DNA of 64,000 nucleotides from Dimorphilus gyrociliatus (GCA_904063045.1 CAJFCJ010000113.1:17444-81443), one strand, 5' to 3'; positions 36,020 to 49,066 are shown, counted from the stretch's first letter. Notes: generated by a model from the sequence alone, not told the origin. Numbers and translations: made by a program.

Positions 36020-37456
36020 AAATGACTTAAAGTGTAATCTTACATTTGAACTTTTAATCTATTAATTGCTAAACTATTACATTCCATAAGACTGGAAAAT
36101 CTAGTCTTAGCCTGGTTAAGGTAAAGTTAAATATTTACTGTCGCGTTAATTTTTCACCTGACAAAAAGAATTGTCTCAAGATACTGCTTCTTCTGTCTTC
36201 GCCGCACATATACATTATGCAGCATATAATATAACTTATTTAGTTAAAATATTCTGCATCTCAAAGACTTTTAGCGCTTTATTCATAAGATGTCTTCCAC
36301 TTTATTACAAATAACTTTGTATAAAACAAACAGCAGTTTTGTGATAGTACTATACTATAGATATTGTCTAAAATACCATAGGGCATTTCCAACATTATCT
36401 ATAATATTAAATGCATCTAAGTAGATTTAGATGAGATACTTGGCTGAAATTCATGCAATATTATCTTACAATGAAACGACTTCAAGGTTCATGTTTACTT
36501 ATTAGTTGTAGAAAAAATTTTCATCACTCTTTCATAGTTTTTTATGTTTCGATTTTTTGGTTTGTCATCCATATTTTGGAAAATATAATGATTCCATTAT
36601 AATGCTAATGATATTTGATTATTCAAGCTAATGTAACATAAATATTTTTGATTGTTTAGACTTTAAAATGATTGAAGAAAATGATATTTTAATAAAATAC
36701 TCAATTCGTGGAATCATTAATGGACAAATATATAATAGAATATATTTCAACATAAAAAATCTAAGTTTTCCAAAGAATTATCCATAACTTACTCAAATTT
36801 TTCTCATATAGAATATATCGACTCTAATATAAAAAATCATACAATTGAGCTGAGAGATGGCGGATCACCATGTTGTCAACTGTAATTTCTATAAATGAAT
36901 AAGATTACAAAACTATTTTTATCATTGTTTTTCAGCGTGAAATCTCGATGTTTTTCATCCATAGAAATGAATTTAAAATGCTTCAAAACAAATTCATCAT
37001 GTAGTACAATTATTTAATTTTTTAAAATTACTTGTAAATACCTATCTCTTGTTCATCAGTTATCCTTGCAATGAGAATTACAAAATCAACTTATTCATTA
37101 ATTTTTACATGAAAACAATCAATTGTTTTAAATTTTTTCACTTGAAAACAAAACAGAGATATTGTGTAGAAAAAGTAAAATAGCTGTAGATTTTCAATTA
37201 AAAATTCAGAGAAATGTTGAATATTTTTTGAATTGAAAAATAACAATAATTTTCATGTTATGAATAATTCAAACAGAACTGAACATGCTCATATTTTGAA
37301 ACAGATGGTTTTTATATAATTTCATTTGGATTTTGTGTTGACAATGTCCATTTTCTTATTAAGGGATACTGGTTATATTTTTTTTTTTATAAACAATCAA
37401 ATTCTCTATATTGAAGGAAAAGTAAATAAATATAATATTTATTCTTTTTTACAACA

Positions 37457-38200
37457 GTGCCAGATGATTTAAATGATTACAACGAGGAAGAACATTGTCA
37501 ACCTGTATGGTCCCTAAGACCATCACATAAATTACATGATCAATTTAAAATGGAAGTTATCGATTTATCCAGTGTAGGAATGTGCTTGAATTATTGTCTC
37601 TCTCCTCAGATGTGCAAATCAGTTAGTTGGCTACACAAGTTAGTAAATTATAAATTTCACTGTTTGAATATATTAATTATCATATTCATATCTTAATATC
37701 TGCTTAAAGAGAAAAGTATAGAACAGAATGTATCATTTACAATTCAAATAGTTCAATGGTGAAATATGATGATAGCAAATTTATCCAATCAAATTATCAT
37801 TATTATGAGTATTTTTGCTTTGATAGAAAGAGCTATAAACTGTTTCCAGAAGGAAATTATGAACAAGAACAAGATTTTAATGTTATTGTACACTATGATA
37901 ATCTCGCTTACCCTGACATAGATAAGCACTATCGTCTTGGTTACGTTAATACTCCACAGAGTGGCGTCAGGTGTGCTAAAACTGTTGAATGCTATTTACA
38001 AGTTGATTTTGAAAAATTGGTTTTATTGACTTCCTTTACCACATCTCCCCAATTGACTTCTTCATTTTAAACTATTAGAGCTCAAGTTTTTTATAGAAGA
38101 TCTATCTATCATCACTGGTTACCAATAAATGATAAGGATGGAGATATTATTGTAAGATATTCAATGTTTTATAGAAGATTTTATGCTAATTCACACAAAT
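37457..38200 (+). CDS. PAN/Apple plus discoidin-like domain protein (partial, multi-exon)
   Basis: SVGMCLNYCLSPQMCKSVSW (PAN-like Cys spacing) and ECYLQVDFEKLVLLTSFTT (F5/8C-like). Confidence 0.55.
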
Positions 38201-39134
38201 AGAACTATTGAATGTTCATCCCACTTTTCCAACTACGAATACTGTTCCAATGAAAGTTCTTTAGTTCCAAAAAATGCCTTTTGATCTGCAACACTAAATG
38301 ATTATTTAGAAATTTTTTCTTCAAACACCTTTTTATAAATTTTCATACTAAGATTAAGCCTTAAGAGAAATATTGCTGTACTAACACTAACTTCTTGTAC
38401 TTGTTGTAAACTGAGTAAAGATATCTTTTCATTGACTCTGAGTCTTTCTATTTAGGGGAAAAATAGATAAATTATTCAGTTATATTCAAACAAACCCCTA
38501 GATTTTGAATTTAAAATTTTCCCTTAAAAATTTACTTTCTGTCCTTTTGTCCTTTGTCTGTTTTAGGGTTTTTCATTTTCAATTCATCTTATAGATAATA
38601 TAGAGATAAACAGAAGGTTATATGGACAAAGAAGAACTGCAAAAAATGTCAAACGATTCAAGTAACTTTTCCTGGCACATATGACAAATGGGAATCAGCA
38701 GTTAAATACCATGGCAATATTACTTATTTATTGATTAATGAAATTTGACAATTTAGAGACTATGAAATGTTTGTCATGCCATGTTATAAAACCATTACAA
38801 ATAAAGTCTTTTAATATGTATTAGGAAAAAAAAACAATTAAAATAACTAACCCTCCATCAATATATGCTCAACTTTCAGAAATCCAACGTGGATAGGGTT
38901 TTCTATTCTTTAAAGGGAATAAGTTTAACAATTCTGAACATTGTTCAATCAAAAGTTTCTTGCATTTTGAACATAATTCTGATTTTTCACAATAAGTTCT
39001 CATAAATTGATACATATTCATTATTGAACAAAGCTTGACATTTTCCCTTAATGAGTATCCTCTCATCATTCATATAATTTAATCATTTTTTTCACATCTA
39101 TTTATTATTTTATACATAAAAATAAGCCATTAAT

Positions 39135-40520
39135 CCATTACAAATCATTTCAAATCCATTTAAGCATATTGTATATTTTCATAAAAGAAAATGAACATTC
39201 AATTAGTGCAGTTCTGAAATGTTCTCCCTGATATTCATATAAATCACAATAAGAAACATCAATTTTTTCAAAATAAACTATTGGATTAAATTTAATATTT
39301 GAAACCAGAAAATTAAAAGAGAGTTAAACATGATATCAATCATTTTCCTTCCTTTCTTACCAGCTAAATTCTGGTAAAAGAAAGTTTAAAATTCCAAAAT
39401 ATATATTTACAAATATTTTCTACAATGCCAAAAGAAAAGATTACTTACTGAGACCAATAATAGTATAGAGATAAGATATTTGCCAACAACCATAATATAT
39501 TAATAAATGTTCTTATTCATTTTTGGGTGTTATGGAAAACGTCCGCAAATTCATGCTTTTACCCTAACCCAATTCTTGTGATTACTTTAAATGAGATCCC
39601 CCCTCCAAGTATACATTAGAAAATTTGAAAAAATTGACTAAAATTGACTAAAAATCTGTTGTAGATTGAGAAAATGAAGATTAGCAAAAAAGTTAAATGC
39701 TTATTTACTTATTTTACAATTGACTGAGTTGGGTTTTCTGCTGGAGAAAAGTTGAACAAAAGCTTCAAATCGCTTTTAAATAGATCATTTATCATTGTCA
39801 ATTTGCACCTTGTGCAAGAAGATGGAACAATCAATTATCCATATTTTACATTTTCAAAGATATAGACTGAATTTGAACATTCATTTACGACAATTCTTAA
39901 ACGCTCTGCTTGATATTCATTTGGATAACAATTTATAAGATCAATTCGTTTAGGTGTATTTGCAGGAGACTTTAATCCTGAACAAATCATTTCAAATCCA
40001 TAATTTCTAAATGTAATACAAGACAAATTTATAAAAGTTAAGCATGAACATTCATTTATCATAACTGCCAAATGTTCTTCTTGCTCAGTTAACCTGCAAT
40101 ATGTGAGATCAAGATGTTGTAGTGTATGAGCAGAAGATTTCAATCCATAACAAATCATTTTAAGTCCATTACCCATCATGCCATTATAACCTAAATTGAA
40201 ATGAACTAAATGTGAGCATTGATTAATTGCAATTCCTAAATGTTCTGCTTGATCTTCATCTAAATGACAATAAGAAACATCAAGTTTTTCCAGGGTATGT
40301 TCAGAAGATATTAATCCATTACAAATTGTTTTGAATCCATCATGCATTACCCAATTAAAATGCAAATTGATAAACTGTATGTGTAACCTTGACATTAGTG
40401 AAATAGGTGACTTATTACACGAATTTACATCATTACAAAGTATTAATTTAGAAGAAAATGATTTTCATGCTGAAGAATTTGAGAATATACATGATGGCTT
40501 GAAATCATAAATTAACTTGT
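39135..40520 (-). pseudogene. RI-like LRR gene or remnants (ORF 39835-40395 plus flanking degraded repeats)
   Basis: GFKTICNGLISSEHTLEKLDVSYCHL repeats, with degraded repeats at about 39135-39300 and 40400-40520. Confidence 0.8.
39525..39600 (+). mobile_element. MITE half-element with MULE-type end and TAACCC
   Basis: gggtgttatggaaaacgtccgcaaattcatgcttttaccctaaccc, homologous to 20217 and 31993. Confidence 0.6.
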
Positions 40521-41172
40521 AAATTAACTGATGGTGAAGCTTTTTCAGCTTTAAGATCTATTAAACGGTTGTTTATTTGTAAAAAGATTGTATTTTAGAT
40601 GTAACAATTTCAAAATCAATCTTTTCAAGAAACTATATTTCCTCTGTCTCTGCCTCCCCTATTTTACATGGAAATTGATGAAGATGTTTTAGAATTTGGA
40701 TTTTTTTTAAAAATAAGACAAATTTCAAGATAAGTGGTTGAGTAACCATCTACTCTTGAGGCAACACCATCACAACATGATATATAGTAAGTATGATTTA
40801 TATTCTATCTACAAAATATAGTTCATAAGTGTACATTGACATTGCCTTCGTGTTTTTACTTTTAGTTGAAAATGTGGAGAGAAATATGCAAAAACTGACA
40901 CAATTGTATCTACAATACAAAATCAAAGAAGCAAGAACATTTTTGTTATTCAAATCTATTCTGATAAGACATTGTCGAATCTCATCTAAATTGAACATTC
41001 AACAATAACAATAGCCTTGTTTGATTGGAATGTAAGTGAGAAGGTTAATTATAAAAAGTCTATTATCACATGATTGACTCCAATTTTTAAATTTATTATT
41101 AATTTTCTAATACCTATCCTTTTTTCTTTGTAATATCGCTCTTTCATCAAACTGAAAATAAAAAATTAATGT

Positions 41173-41922
41173 TGTACTTTGTTGTATAGTAATTGTAGGA
41201 ATTTCTGGTTCATCACCACTGATTTGGTCCTTTCCAATCATTTACCAATTTACCAAAGTACTCAAACAAATAGAACCTTTCAAGTTCGTCCACAAGTAGT
41301 TTGATAAATGTAACTTCGGTAGAAATTAATCAACAAAATACGAGTATTTCGTGCAAAGAATATGTATTGAGTAAAAACGAGTTTCTAGTTCTAAATAAGC
41401 AAGTTTAAACAACTAGCTATCAGTTAGAGAACTGAACTATCAACTGTTAATTTCTAAGGGTTTATATACTCTTTTAAGAGTTGATAGTTCACCAATTTCA
41501 ATGTTCACAAAAACAAAAGTAACATTTTTAAGACAAAGAAAAGTTCTAAATATGGTCATGTTGTTATAAGGGAAGATATCTGATGAATATATATGTTATG
41601 TATAGTAGGATTGTGTATACAATACTACTAATTAATGAATAAAATCTAAAATTGATGACAAAAGCATATTTGTCATTCAATTAAATTAATTTCAATTAAA
41701 GTTGATAAATTTATAAATTCATTCATTGAAATATTCAAGTTTATGATGGAAATAACTATTTTTATATATGATTTAATAGAATGAATGCAGCACCTTGTGT
41801 ATGTACCACACTATGCAAATCTAGGTCAATCCTGCTTATCTATCAGTGTTATCAGTACTCGACAATACAAGTTTAATACTACTTATCTATAGTAGAATAG
41901 AGCTGACGAATGTATGTGTACA
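41173..41922 (-). repeat. Diverged, internally deleted solo LTR, family B
   Basis: Reverse-complement match to both ends of the 935-bp LTR, with TGTAC...GTACA termini. Confidence 0.85.
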
Positions 41923-41929
41923 GTCAGGG

Positions 41930-42763
41930 CTGTTATATAATCTAAAGGCCACAGAATATTTGATTGTGACTTGAAATTTTGAAAATTCAAAATGCTATAG
42001 AGAAAATTACAGGCATTATCCTTAACTTTATTACATTTTAGTGAAACAAGAGTGAATTTAATTTCAACTTTTGGAGAAAATATCATACATTTCTGATTGA
42101 TGTCTTCAATATTTTGACATTTTGTTAAATATGGCATTCATTTCTATTAAACAATTTACAAATATACTTTGGAAGATTGTTTTAAAAAAACATAGCCTTT
42201 TGAGACCTCTAAATCATCTGTTTTATCAAAGCAACTATTCTCTTTCAGTGACATTGACATCAGGCCACAAAATACTTGGCAGTAGAAAATGGATGAACTC
42301 TCTTTTCCATTGTAGACTGTTAATAATAAGCCATATGTTTTGGATTTGATAAAATATGACATTGTTTCAGTTGAGACATATGATAAAAAATATTTTTCCC
42401 AATTTTTTGCTTCACTGTATTCTAATACTTGAAAATCTTTGAAAAAGACACAAAAGTAAAACATGTCCCGATATTGTTTTTTGAAAAACCTTCAAAATCC
42501 ATATATGAACAATAAACATAATGAACATTCTGAGATATTTCATCAGTCATTATTGATTTACTTGAATTTAGAAATAGTTTCATTTGTCTTGAAATATTGG
42601 CTGCAGCCATTGGATATTGAAGAATAAAGCTACTTTTCCTACATATTTCCTTTCTGTCCTCTGGATAAGAATAAACTTTGTAGTATTTAAAATCTATATT
42701 GAAATATAGTTGATATCTATTCTCTGATATTTGACTAGAAAAATATTCTGCTATAATATCCAA
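41930..42763 (-). pseudogene. Fragment of the lectin-like ectodomain family seen at 12600 and 59330
   Basis: YFIKSKTYGLLL...NGKESSSIFYCQ is similar to YVAKSKTFGHLP...NGKTSTFICH. Confidence 0.4.
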
Positions 42764-42925
42764 TGGAATATTTGAAGTTAATATTCAAAAAATTCAACAT
42801 TTATCTAGAGATTACCTTTTTTAGAACAAATTAAAAGTATTCCATTTGCATTGTCATCCTTTTTTGAATTACTTGAAATAATTCTGGAAGATGGATTTAT
42901 CATGATTAGCTAAATGATTTTTTCA

Positions 42926-43090
42926 GGATGTGACAGAAAACATCCATGGACTGACAGAAACGTCCATGGACCAACAGAAAACGTCCATGGACTGACAGAA
43001 AATGTCTATAGACTGACAGAAAACATCCATGGACCAATAGAGAATGTCCATAAACTGTCAGAAATTGTCCACTGCCAACAGAAAATGTTT
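42926..43090 (+). repeat. Tandem 21-bp repeats (ACAGAAAACGTCCATGGACTG, about 8 units), MULE subterminal type
   Basis: Direct repeats sharing the AGAAAACGTCCA core of the MULE ends. Confidence 0.8.
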
Positions 43091-43147
43091 TTATAAAAAA
43101 ATAAAAAACTAAAAAAATTAGCAAAATTAAAAAATATAAAATAATCA

Positions 43148-43384
43148 TGTACACTTATGAAGTATAGATAATAGATATGATATTATTAATGGTACTTACC
43201 ACATGATGCTAGAAGTAGTAGAGTAGATGTTGCCTCTAGGGTAGACAGTACCAAACTACCAGAATCAAGCCCTTTTATAGGCAAAAGATAAGATATTACA
43301 TAACCAAACATGTTGACAACAACACCAAGTGTTTATTTACATAAATATGATGTAATAATTGACCCTTAAGGGTTTACCTACACA
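43148..43384 (-). repeat. Short LTR-like repeat (third family)
   Basis: TG...GTACA ends and TATAAAAG on the minus strand. The 3' part (gaggcaaca...ttcataagtgtaca) recurs at about 40755-40835 and 58700-58718. Confidence 0.5.
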
Positions 43385-44112
43385 AAGTTGTTGTTGTTGA
43401 CATCACTATTGCATAATATGATAACCCTTGACCCTGTTTGTTGTGAACAATCCTTATCTAGAGTTAGACCCTTGTTGTTGACACCAATGGCACAAACAAC
43501 TGATAAGGAATTGTATATAAGACAGGGCATAGGTAGTAACAGGCATTCAGTCCTGAATGAAGCCTCTTAGTGAACAGGTCTAGTATTACTTTAGAATACA
43601 GCTATATTGTTCTTACAAATTGGTTCTATATTCATCTTTATTCAATTCTACATCTCTTCTAAGTGGCTGACTCCTAATTCGGTTCTATTTGGACCAGTAC
43701 TTACCTACAACCCAATAGCAGGAAAGTACAATCATCAAACTAAATTTTCTCTAGCATGTAATGAAAATTCTATTATTATGAAATCAGCAATGAATGATAC
43801 AAGTGAAAGGAACACAAATGAGGTAATTTCAATTGTTAACAGTTATTGTCACCTAACTCTAAGTTTTTTTGAGTAGCTGAGGCTTTCATTTTACTTTAAC
43901 TTATCTGAATCACCAACTAATGAAGAAGAATTGCATTTCCTTGAAGACGGGACATGATATGGCAGAAGGATGTGTTGAAGAATCAGTTCTTATATGGCCA
44001 CAATCAATATCTTTTACTGTTTGTAACCATATCAAACAGTTGCTCTATTCTCAAGAAGAATGAACACTAATGATGTGTAATCACATGTAGTCACACACAA
44101 TTACATAACTAT

Positions 44113-44575
44113 TGTTAAATAATTTCTAGGAAATCATTTAACGATCCCATAAGGATCGTCCAATGATCATAATGCAATCTAGTTCTCTCCACGCTCACCA
44201 GGTGGCGTGTCCCAAATTCTCGTCAGTAGCTGAATTGTCTTCACCGCCTCAACATCTCATAATATAAATATTTGATTACGGTGGCTATTAAAATAAAGCT
44301 TATCCTGCTTTATTCAACAACTATTACATGTAATTCTCATGGCACACACCCTGAGAAGTCACTGATATACAACATTTACATGATATATATTCCCATATGA
44401 ATTGAAGCTTTGAAACACACCAATAGGACACAACATGCAACATCAATAGGCTGAGATGAGAGGGGTTCTCAAACAGGACCTATCTCTTTTGGTGAAAAAC
44501 ACTGTACTGCTTCTGTTAAATAATTTCTAGGAAATCATTTAATGATCCCATAAGGATCGTCCAATGATCATAATG
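44113..44575 (+). repeat. Pair of 62-bp direct repeats (44113-44174 and 44514-44575)
   Basis: tgttaaataatttctaggaaatcatttaaYgatcccataaggatcgtccaatgatcataatg, one mismatch between copies. Confidence 0.85.
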
Positions 44576-44651
44576 TTGAATTCTACTGGTAAAGTTAAAA
44601 CACTCTTTTGTAACTTTACTCAACTAAGAGGTGAAAAAAAACATTAAAATC

Positions 44652-44839
44652 GGGACTGGGAGAAAACGTCCAAAAACGGCGTCAACTTTGGGGTTATGTT
44701 GAGGGCATTTTAGGGTTAGGGTGATTGAAATCACATCAGTTTTAGCTTTGAGGAGGATTATTTATGAAGAGAAGTTTGCCAACTGTTGGGTTGGGGTTAG
44801 GGTTAAAACTCAGAAATTAGGACGTTTTCTCCCACACCC
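44652..44839. mobile_element. MULE-family MITE (188 bp) with a 9-bp TSD
   Basis: TIRs gggactgggagaaaacgtcc / ggacgttttctcccacaccc, flanked by ATTAAAATC on both sides, with TTAGGG units inside. Confidence 0.93.
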
Positions 44840-45110
44840 ATTAAAATCTTGTATCTGTTTCTTTAATTTTTGAATTACATGAAATTTTTCAAGATAGACA
44901 TACAGGCGCAAACAAACAAACAAACTATAATATCTTTTCATTTCTGCAGACTTGTTCACGTGACAGATTTATATTACAAGAGCTTACATATGACCATAGA
45001 ATGTAAAGATACTAAAGGAATGGGTATATACAACCGAATGCTTTTTTATGTGACACTCAGCTATCAAATTAACTAATAATCATATCTGTGGGATTGATCA
45101 AGATTGCAAC

Positions 45111-47084
45111 TTGAGCAATTCTTACTACTCTTTCCAAGAGTCGTGCTATTTCCTGTATAAAAGTAAAGTATCAGTATCCGTAAAAGATGCATCATACATT
45201 TGCCAACAAATCCACATGGTTCCTCCAAGTTTTCATATTGATGAATTTAATTTTATGACTAAGCTCAATGATCGGATGAAATTTGTGTTGATAGAGAAGG
45301 AAAGAAGCCAACAATATTCAAGACAATTTCCAGGAAGTAATCATTTTACTGTTTTGTTCCAATGGTAATTCCAATATATAAATTTCTTTTGTTTCAAAGT
45401 TTTAAAGCTAAAGAGAGGCATTGAAGGTAGAGAAATATTGGTTTACGATGATGAAAAACCATATGAAATAGCATCAAACTTGGTCAAAACTGGACCAATG
45501 TGAATATTTTTCTTCTGTTTGTCATCTGTGAAAACATTTTCTTTTTTTTTTTGTATAATTAAGCCCGAGAACCAAATGTTATCCCTATTTACAACAAATT
45601 GACTTTCCATATTTGAGTAGAGCTGACAAATGTTTTGTTGCCAAGGAATCTAGCTATAATAGAGAGTTAACTAGGGCAAATACTCTTCTGGAGAGGTTAA
45701 ATTGTCAAATCAGGCGTTTCTACATTGTGTTTTGTAAACAACTTCAAAGTTAATAAGTTTTTTTCTTTTTTTGAAAACTGGTATTATGTTTATTATTGTA
45801 ATTAGATTTATCTAATTACAATATTCATGAGGGTCTGAATAATTATAATTTTGAATTGATTAATTGCCCAAATGATTCATTCTTTTGTAAGAATGATACC
45901 ATGTGTATTCATTACCTTTATGTTTGTGATGAAATCAATGATTGTTTTTCAGGTGAAGATGAACTTGACTGTGAAAGAGTTGAACAATTTTTCTGTTCTC
46001 AAACTCTACAAATAAGCTTTCAATCAGTTGAAATGATAAAATTCCTTTGAATATGAAAAAGCTTATACTGAATAGTACACAAATTGTAGTCAATAGCCTT
46101 AAAAAACAAGTATCAATAGCATATTTGACAATTTACAATACCACAATAACAAATGTATCAATTTCTGTTATATTTTCAAATGTTGCAGTAATGAAGATCA
46201 TTTCCAGTAAATTTAACCTTGCAATATCTTGCATATGAGAAACAGCTTCATATCTTTAACTAAAAAATTCTCATTTCAAAAACATCAACAATTAAGATCT
46301 ATTGATCTTTCTTCAACAAATTTCAAAAATTTAAATAAAAATCTATTTTTAGGTCTTGAATTATTAAATATTTTAAAAGTTGAAAAGTGCCCTATAAAAA
46401 GTATTTCAAAAGGTTCATTTAATTTGTTGAAAAATCTTCAAATTCTCTCTTTAAAACATTCAAATATTCCATTAAAAAATGGATTATCTTTAATAAGGCT
46501 TAACAGTCAGTAAGAGAAATTTATAGCAATTTCTTTACTCTTTGTTGTTTTGCTAAAAAGTATTCAAAAAAATTGGAAATATGCAAACCTCATTCATCAA
46601 TTTTTAACTATTGTTCAGACATGCTTGATTCAAACTTTTTAAGACTTTCATTATGGATTCTTGGCATTGCATCATTTGTTCAAAATTTTTCTGGAGTCTC
46701 ATTTTTCATTTATTATTCAGAAAGAAGAAAAATATTCTCTATTTTACTCTAACAATCACTGATTTTGGCATGTCAATTTATCTACTTACAATTGGTAGTA
46801 CTGATTTGCTGTTTAGAGGAATTTACATAGAGAATGACTATGATTGGAGGAATAGTATAACATGTTCAGCAATTGGCATATTTTGCAGTTGGGTTCTTTT
46901 GCTTTCAATATTTACCATTCTACTGATAACAATTGAGCGATATCAGCATGTTATTTATCCATTTGCAAATATATTAACAAGAAAATTAACTGCCACGTTA
47001 ATATTTATAATTGCAACATTATCAGCAATAATATCAATTTTACCTTACATCTTTTATGATGTATGTATCAGTGGAATGAGTTAA
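45111..47084 (+). pseudogene. GRL101-like gene 3 (C-type-lectin-like, LDLa, LRR, 7TM through TM4), disrupted
   Basis: FQESCYFLY...DASYIC; CPNDSFFCKNDTMCI...CDEINDCFSGEDELDC; LRRs; ITIERY. Several frameshifts. Confidence 0.8.
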
Positions 47085-47319
47085 AAACATACCTTAGTAA
47101 TAAAAAGAAAGAGAGGAGTGATCAAATGTTATTTTTTCTTCTTCTTTTCATAAAAATTATCATTTTAGTATTAAAATTGTATTTTGAATAAAAATTTTTT
47201 AGAAGGCAAGAATTAATGAACCTTGAGGAAAATCAATTAGTGAAATGTATGTATATTAAAACTGGAAATGAATTTCTCATTTTGATCATGTGTTTTTGCA
47301 GTTCTTGAATTTTTAAAAG

Positions 47320-47722
47320 CTCAAAAAAAGCATCATATTCTCAATGATCTATCACCAATGCTGTCGTATAGAACAATTCAAGATTTCTACAAGAAATCAC
47401 CTTTTGTAACCTATCATTTTATTTCTATAGCTACAAAACAAATTGTACAAGCATTAAAATTTTGTCATGATTTCAAATTTGGATTTTTAGGAAACATTCA
47501 TTTTGAAAATGTTTTCTTAAAGATAAAAAGAAATAAAATATTTAAATTTCTATTTCAAAAATGTATTCAAAAAAATAGACAGAAGATCTAGGAATAAACT
47601 GTTATCTTCTTGTTGATTACCTTGTTGTGAATAAAAGTAATATTGCAGAGAATGATATATATGCTCTTGGGAAATTTGTAAGAAAACTTTTACAAAAGAA
47701 AATATTAAAGATTCAAGCTTAA
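47320..47722 (+). CDS. Pseudokinase-like segment downstream of GRL101-like gene 3
   Basis: KQIVQALKFCHDFKFGFLGNIHFENVFLK (VIa/VIb-like, no HRD), CYLLVDY (VII-like) and ENDIYALG (IX-like). Confidence 0.5.
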
Positions 47723-47881
47723 TTTAAAAATATTCAAAGGTTTGTTTGAATAAACAGAAACTATGACAAATAATCTTTCCAACCAAATTCTAATCCTAAA
47801 ATTTCCAAACAAAAGGCGAGTTCAAAAGAGAATTCAATAATTAAAATTCTTATCTTTCATGGAAGCTAGTTATTTTGTTTT

Positions 47882-49066
47882 TTAAAGTTTCAAAGATTTC
47901 AAATGTTCACAAATAACTTCAAATTCATTTTCGAGGCTTCTATTACCAGATAAATCCAATGCTACTAAATTAGAGCAATGTTTTAATGAATCTTTAAGAA
48001 ATGCCATTTTTTCCACACATAATTCACAATCACTTAGATTGATAAATGTTAAAGTCTCTTTACAACCTCTAAAACCTTGACAAATCATTTGAAATTCTTT
48101 TCCCATATCAGGGTTTATAGATAAATTCACTCTTCGCAAACAAGAGCAGTCTTTTAGTGCTTTTCCAAGTGTCTTTGACTCTCTGGGACATAAATTGCAA
48201 TTACTCAAGTTGAGAGATTTTAATGTCTCCTTACTAGATTCAATTCCCTCACAAATATATTTAAATGCTTTTCCCATGTTGGGATTAGAAGACAAGTCCA
48301 AATTTTCTAAGCAACAGAAATGCTTTAGTGCTTCTCTGAAACTCTTTGGTTTTTCCATATCCAAATCACAGTGACTTAGACTAATAGATTTTAAGGCCTC
48401 TCCACAGCTTTTCAGACCTTGACAAATCATTCTAAAGCCATCATCTCCCATATAAGGATTGAAAGATATGTCCACCTTTTCCAAACAACAACAATGATTT
48501 AGTAACTCTCCAAAACACATTGATTTTTTCATATCCAAATCACAGTTACTTAGATTGATAGATTTTAAAATCCCTCTACAGTTTTTCAGACCTTGACAAA
48601 TCTTTTCAAAACCATCATCTTCCATATAAGGATTGATAGACAAATCCACTTTTTCCAAACAACAACAATGATCTAGTAACTCTACAAAACACATTGATTT
48701 TTCCATATCCAAATTGCAGTTACTTAGATTGACAGACTTTAAAATGTCTTTACAGCTTTTCAGGCCTTGACAAATCATTTCAAAACCATCATCTTCCATA
48801 TAAGGATTGATAGATAAATCCACTTTTTCCAAACAATAGCAATGTTTTATCATATCTCCTAAACTTATGGCTTCTTTATCAAATAACCCACAGTTCCTAA
48901 TGTTAATTGATCTTAAGGTATTTCCGCAAAGTTGAAGTGTGTCAAAAATCACTTGAAACCTATTTTCTGTGTCAGAATCAGTAGATGTATCAAAATTTTC
49001 AGATGTATCAGATGAATTGTCACTCTCTACAGAACTTAATTGTTGAAATGCTTCATCAAAATTCAT
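47882..49066 (-). CDS. Intronless RI-like LRR-only protein, 394 aa, with near-identical 174-bp repeats
   Basis: 58-aa units MEDDGFEMICQGLK...CLEKVDLSINPY and an acidic N-terminal leader. Confidence 0.92.
   Translation of the reverse strand: MNFDEAFQQLSSVESDNSSDTSENFDTSTDSDTENRFQVIFDTLQLCGNTLRSINIRNCGLFDKEAISLGDMIKHCYCLEKVDLSINPYMEDDGFEMICQGLKSCKDILKSVNLSNCNLDMEKSMCFVELLDHCCCLEKVDLSINPYMEDDGFEKICQGLKNCRGILKSINLSNCDLDMKKSMCFGELLNHCCCLEKVDISFNPYMGDDGFRMICQGLKSCGEALKSISLSHCDLDMEKPKSFREALKHFCCLENLDLSSNPNMGKAFKYICEGIESSKETLKSLNLSNCNLCPRESKTLGKALKDCSCLRRVNLSINPDMGKEFQMICQGFRGCKETLTFINLSDCELCVEKMAFLKDSLKHCSNLVALDLSGNRSLENEFEVICEHLKSLKL

Noticed and set aside
43385-44110. Possible degraded retroelement internal region between LTR-like repeats
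   Set aside because: Multiple stops in all frames and no recognisable catalytic motif.
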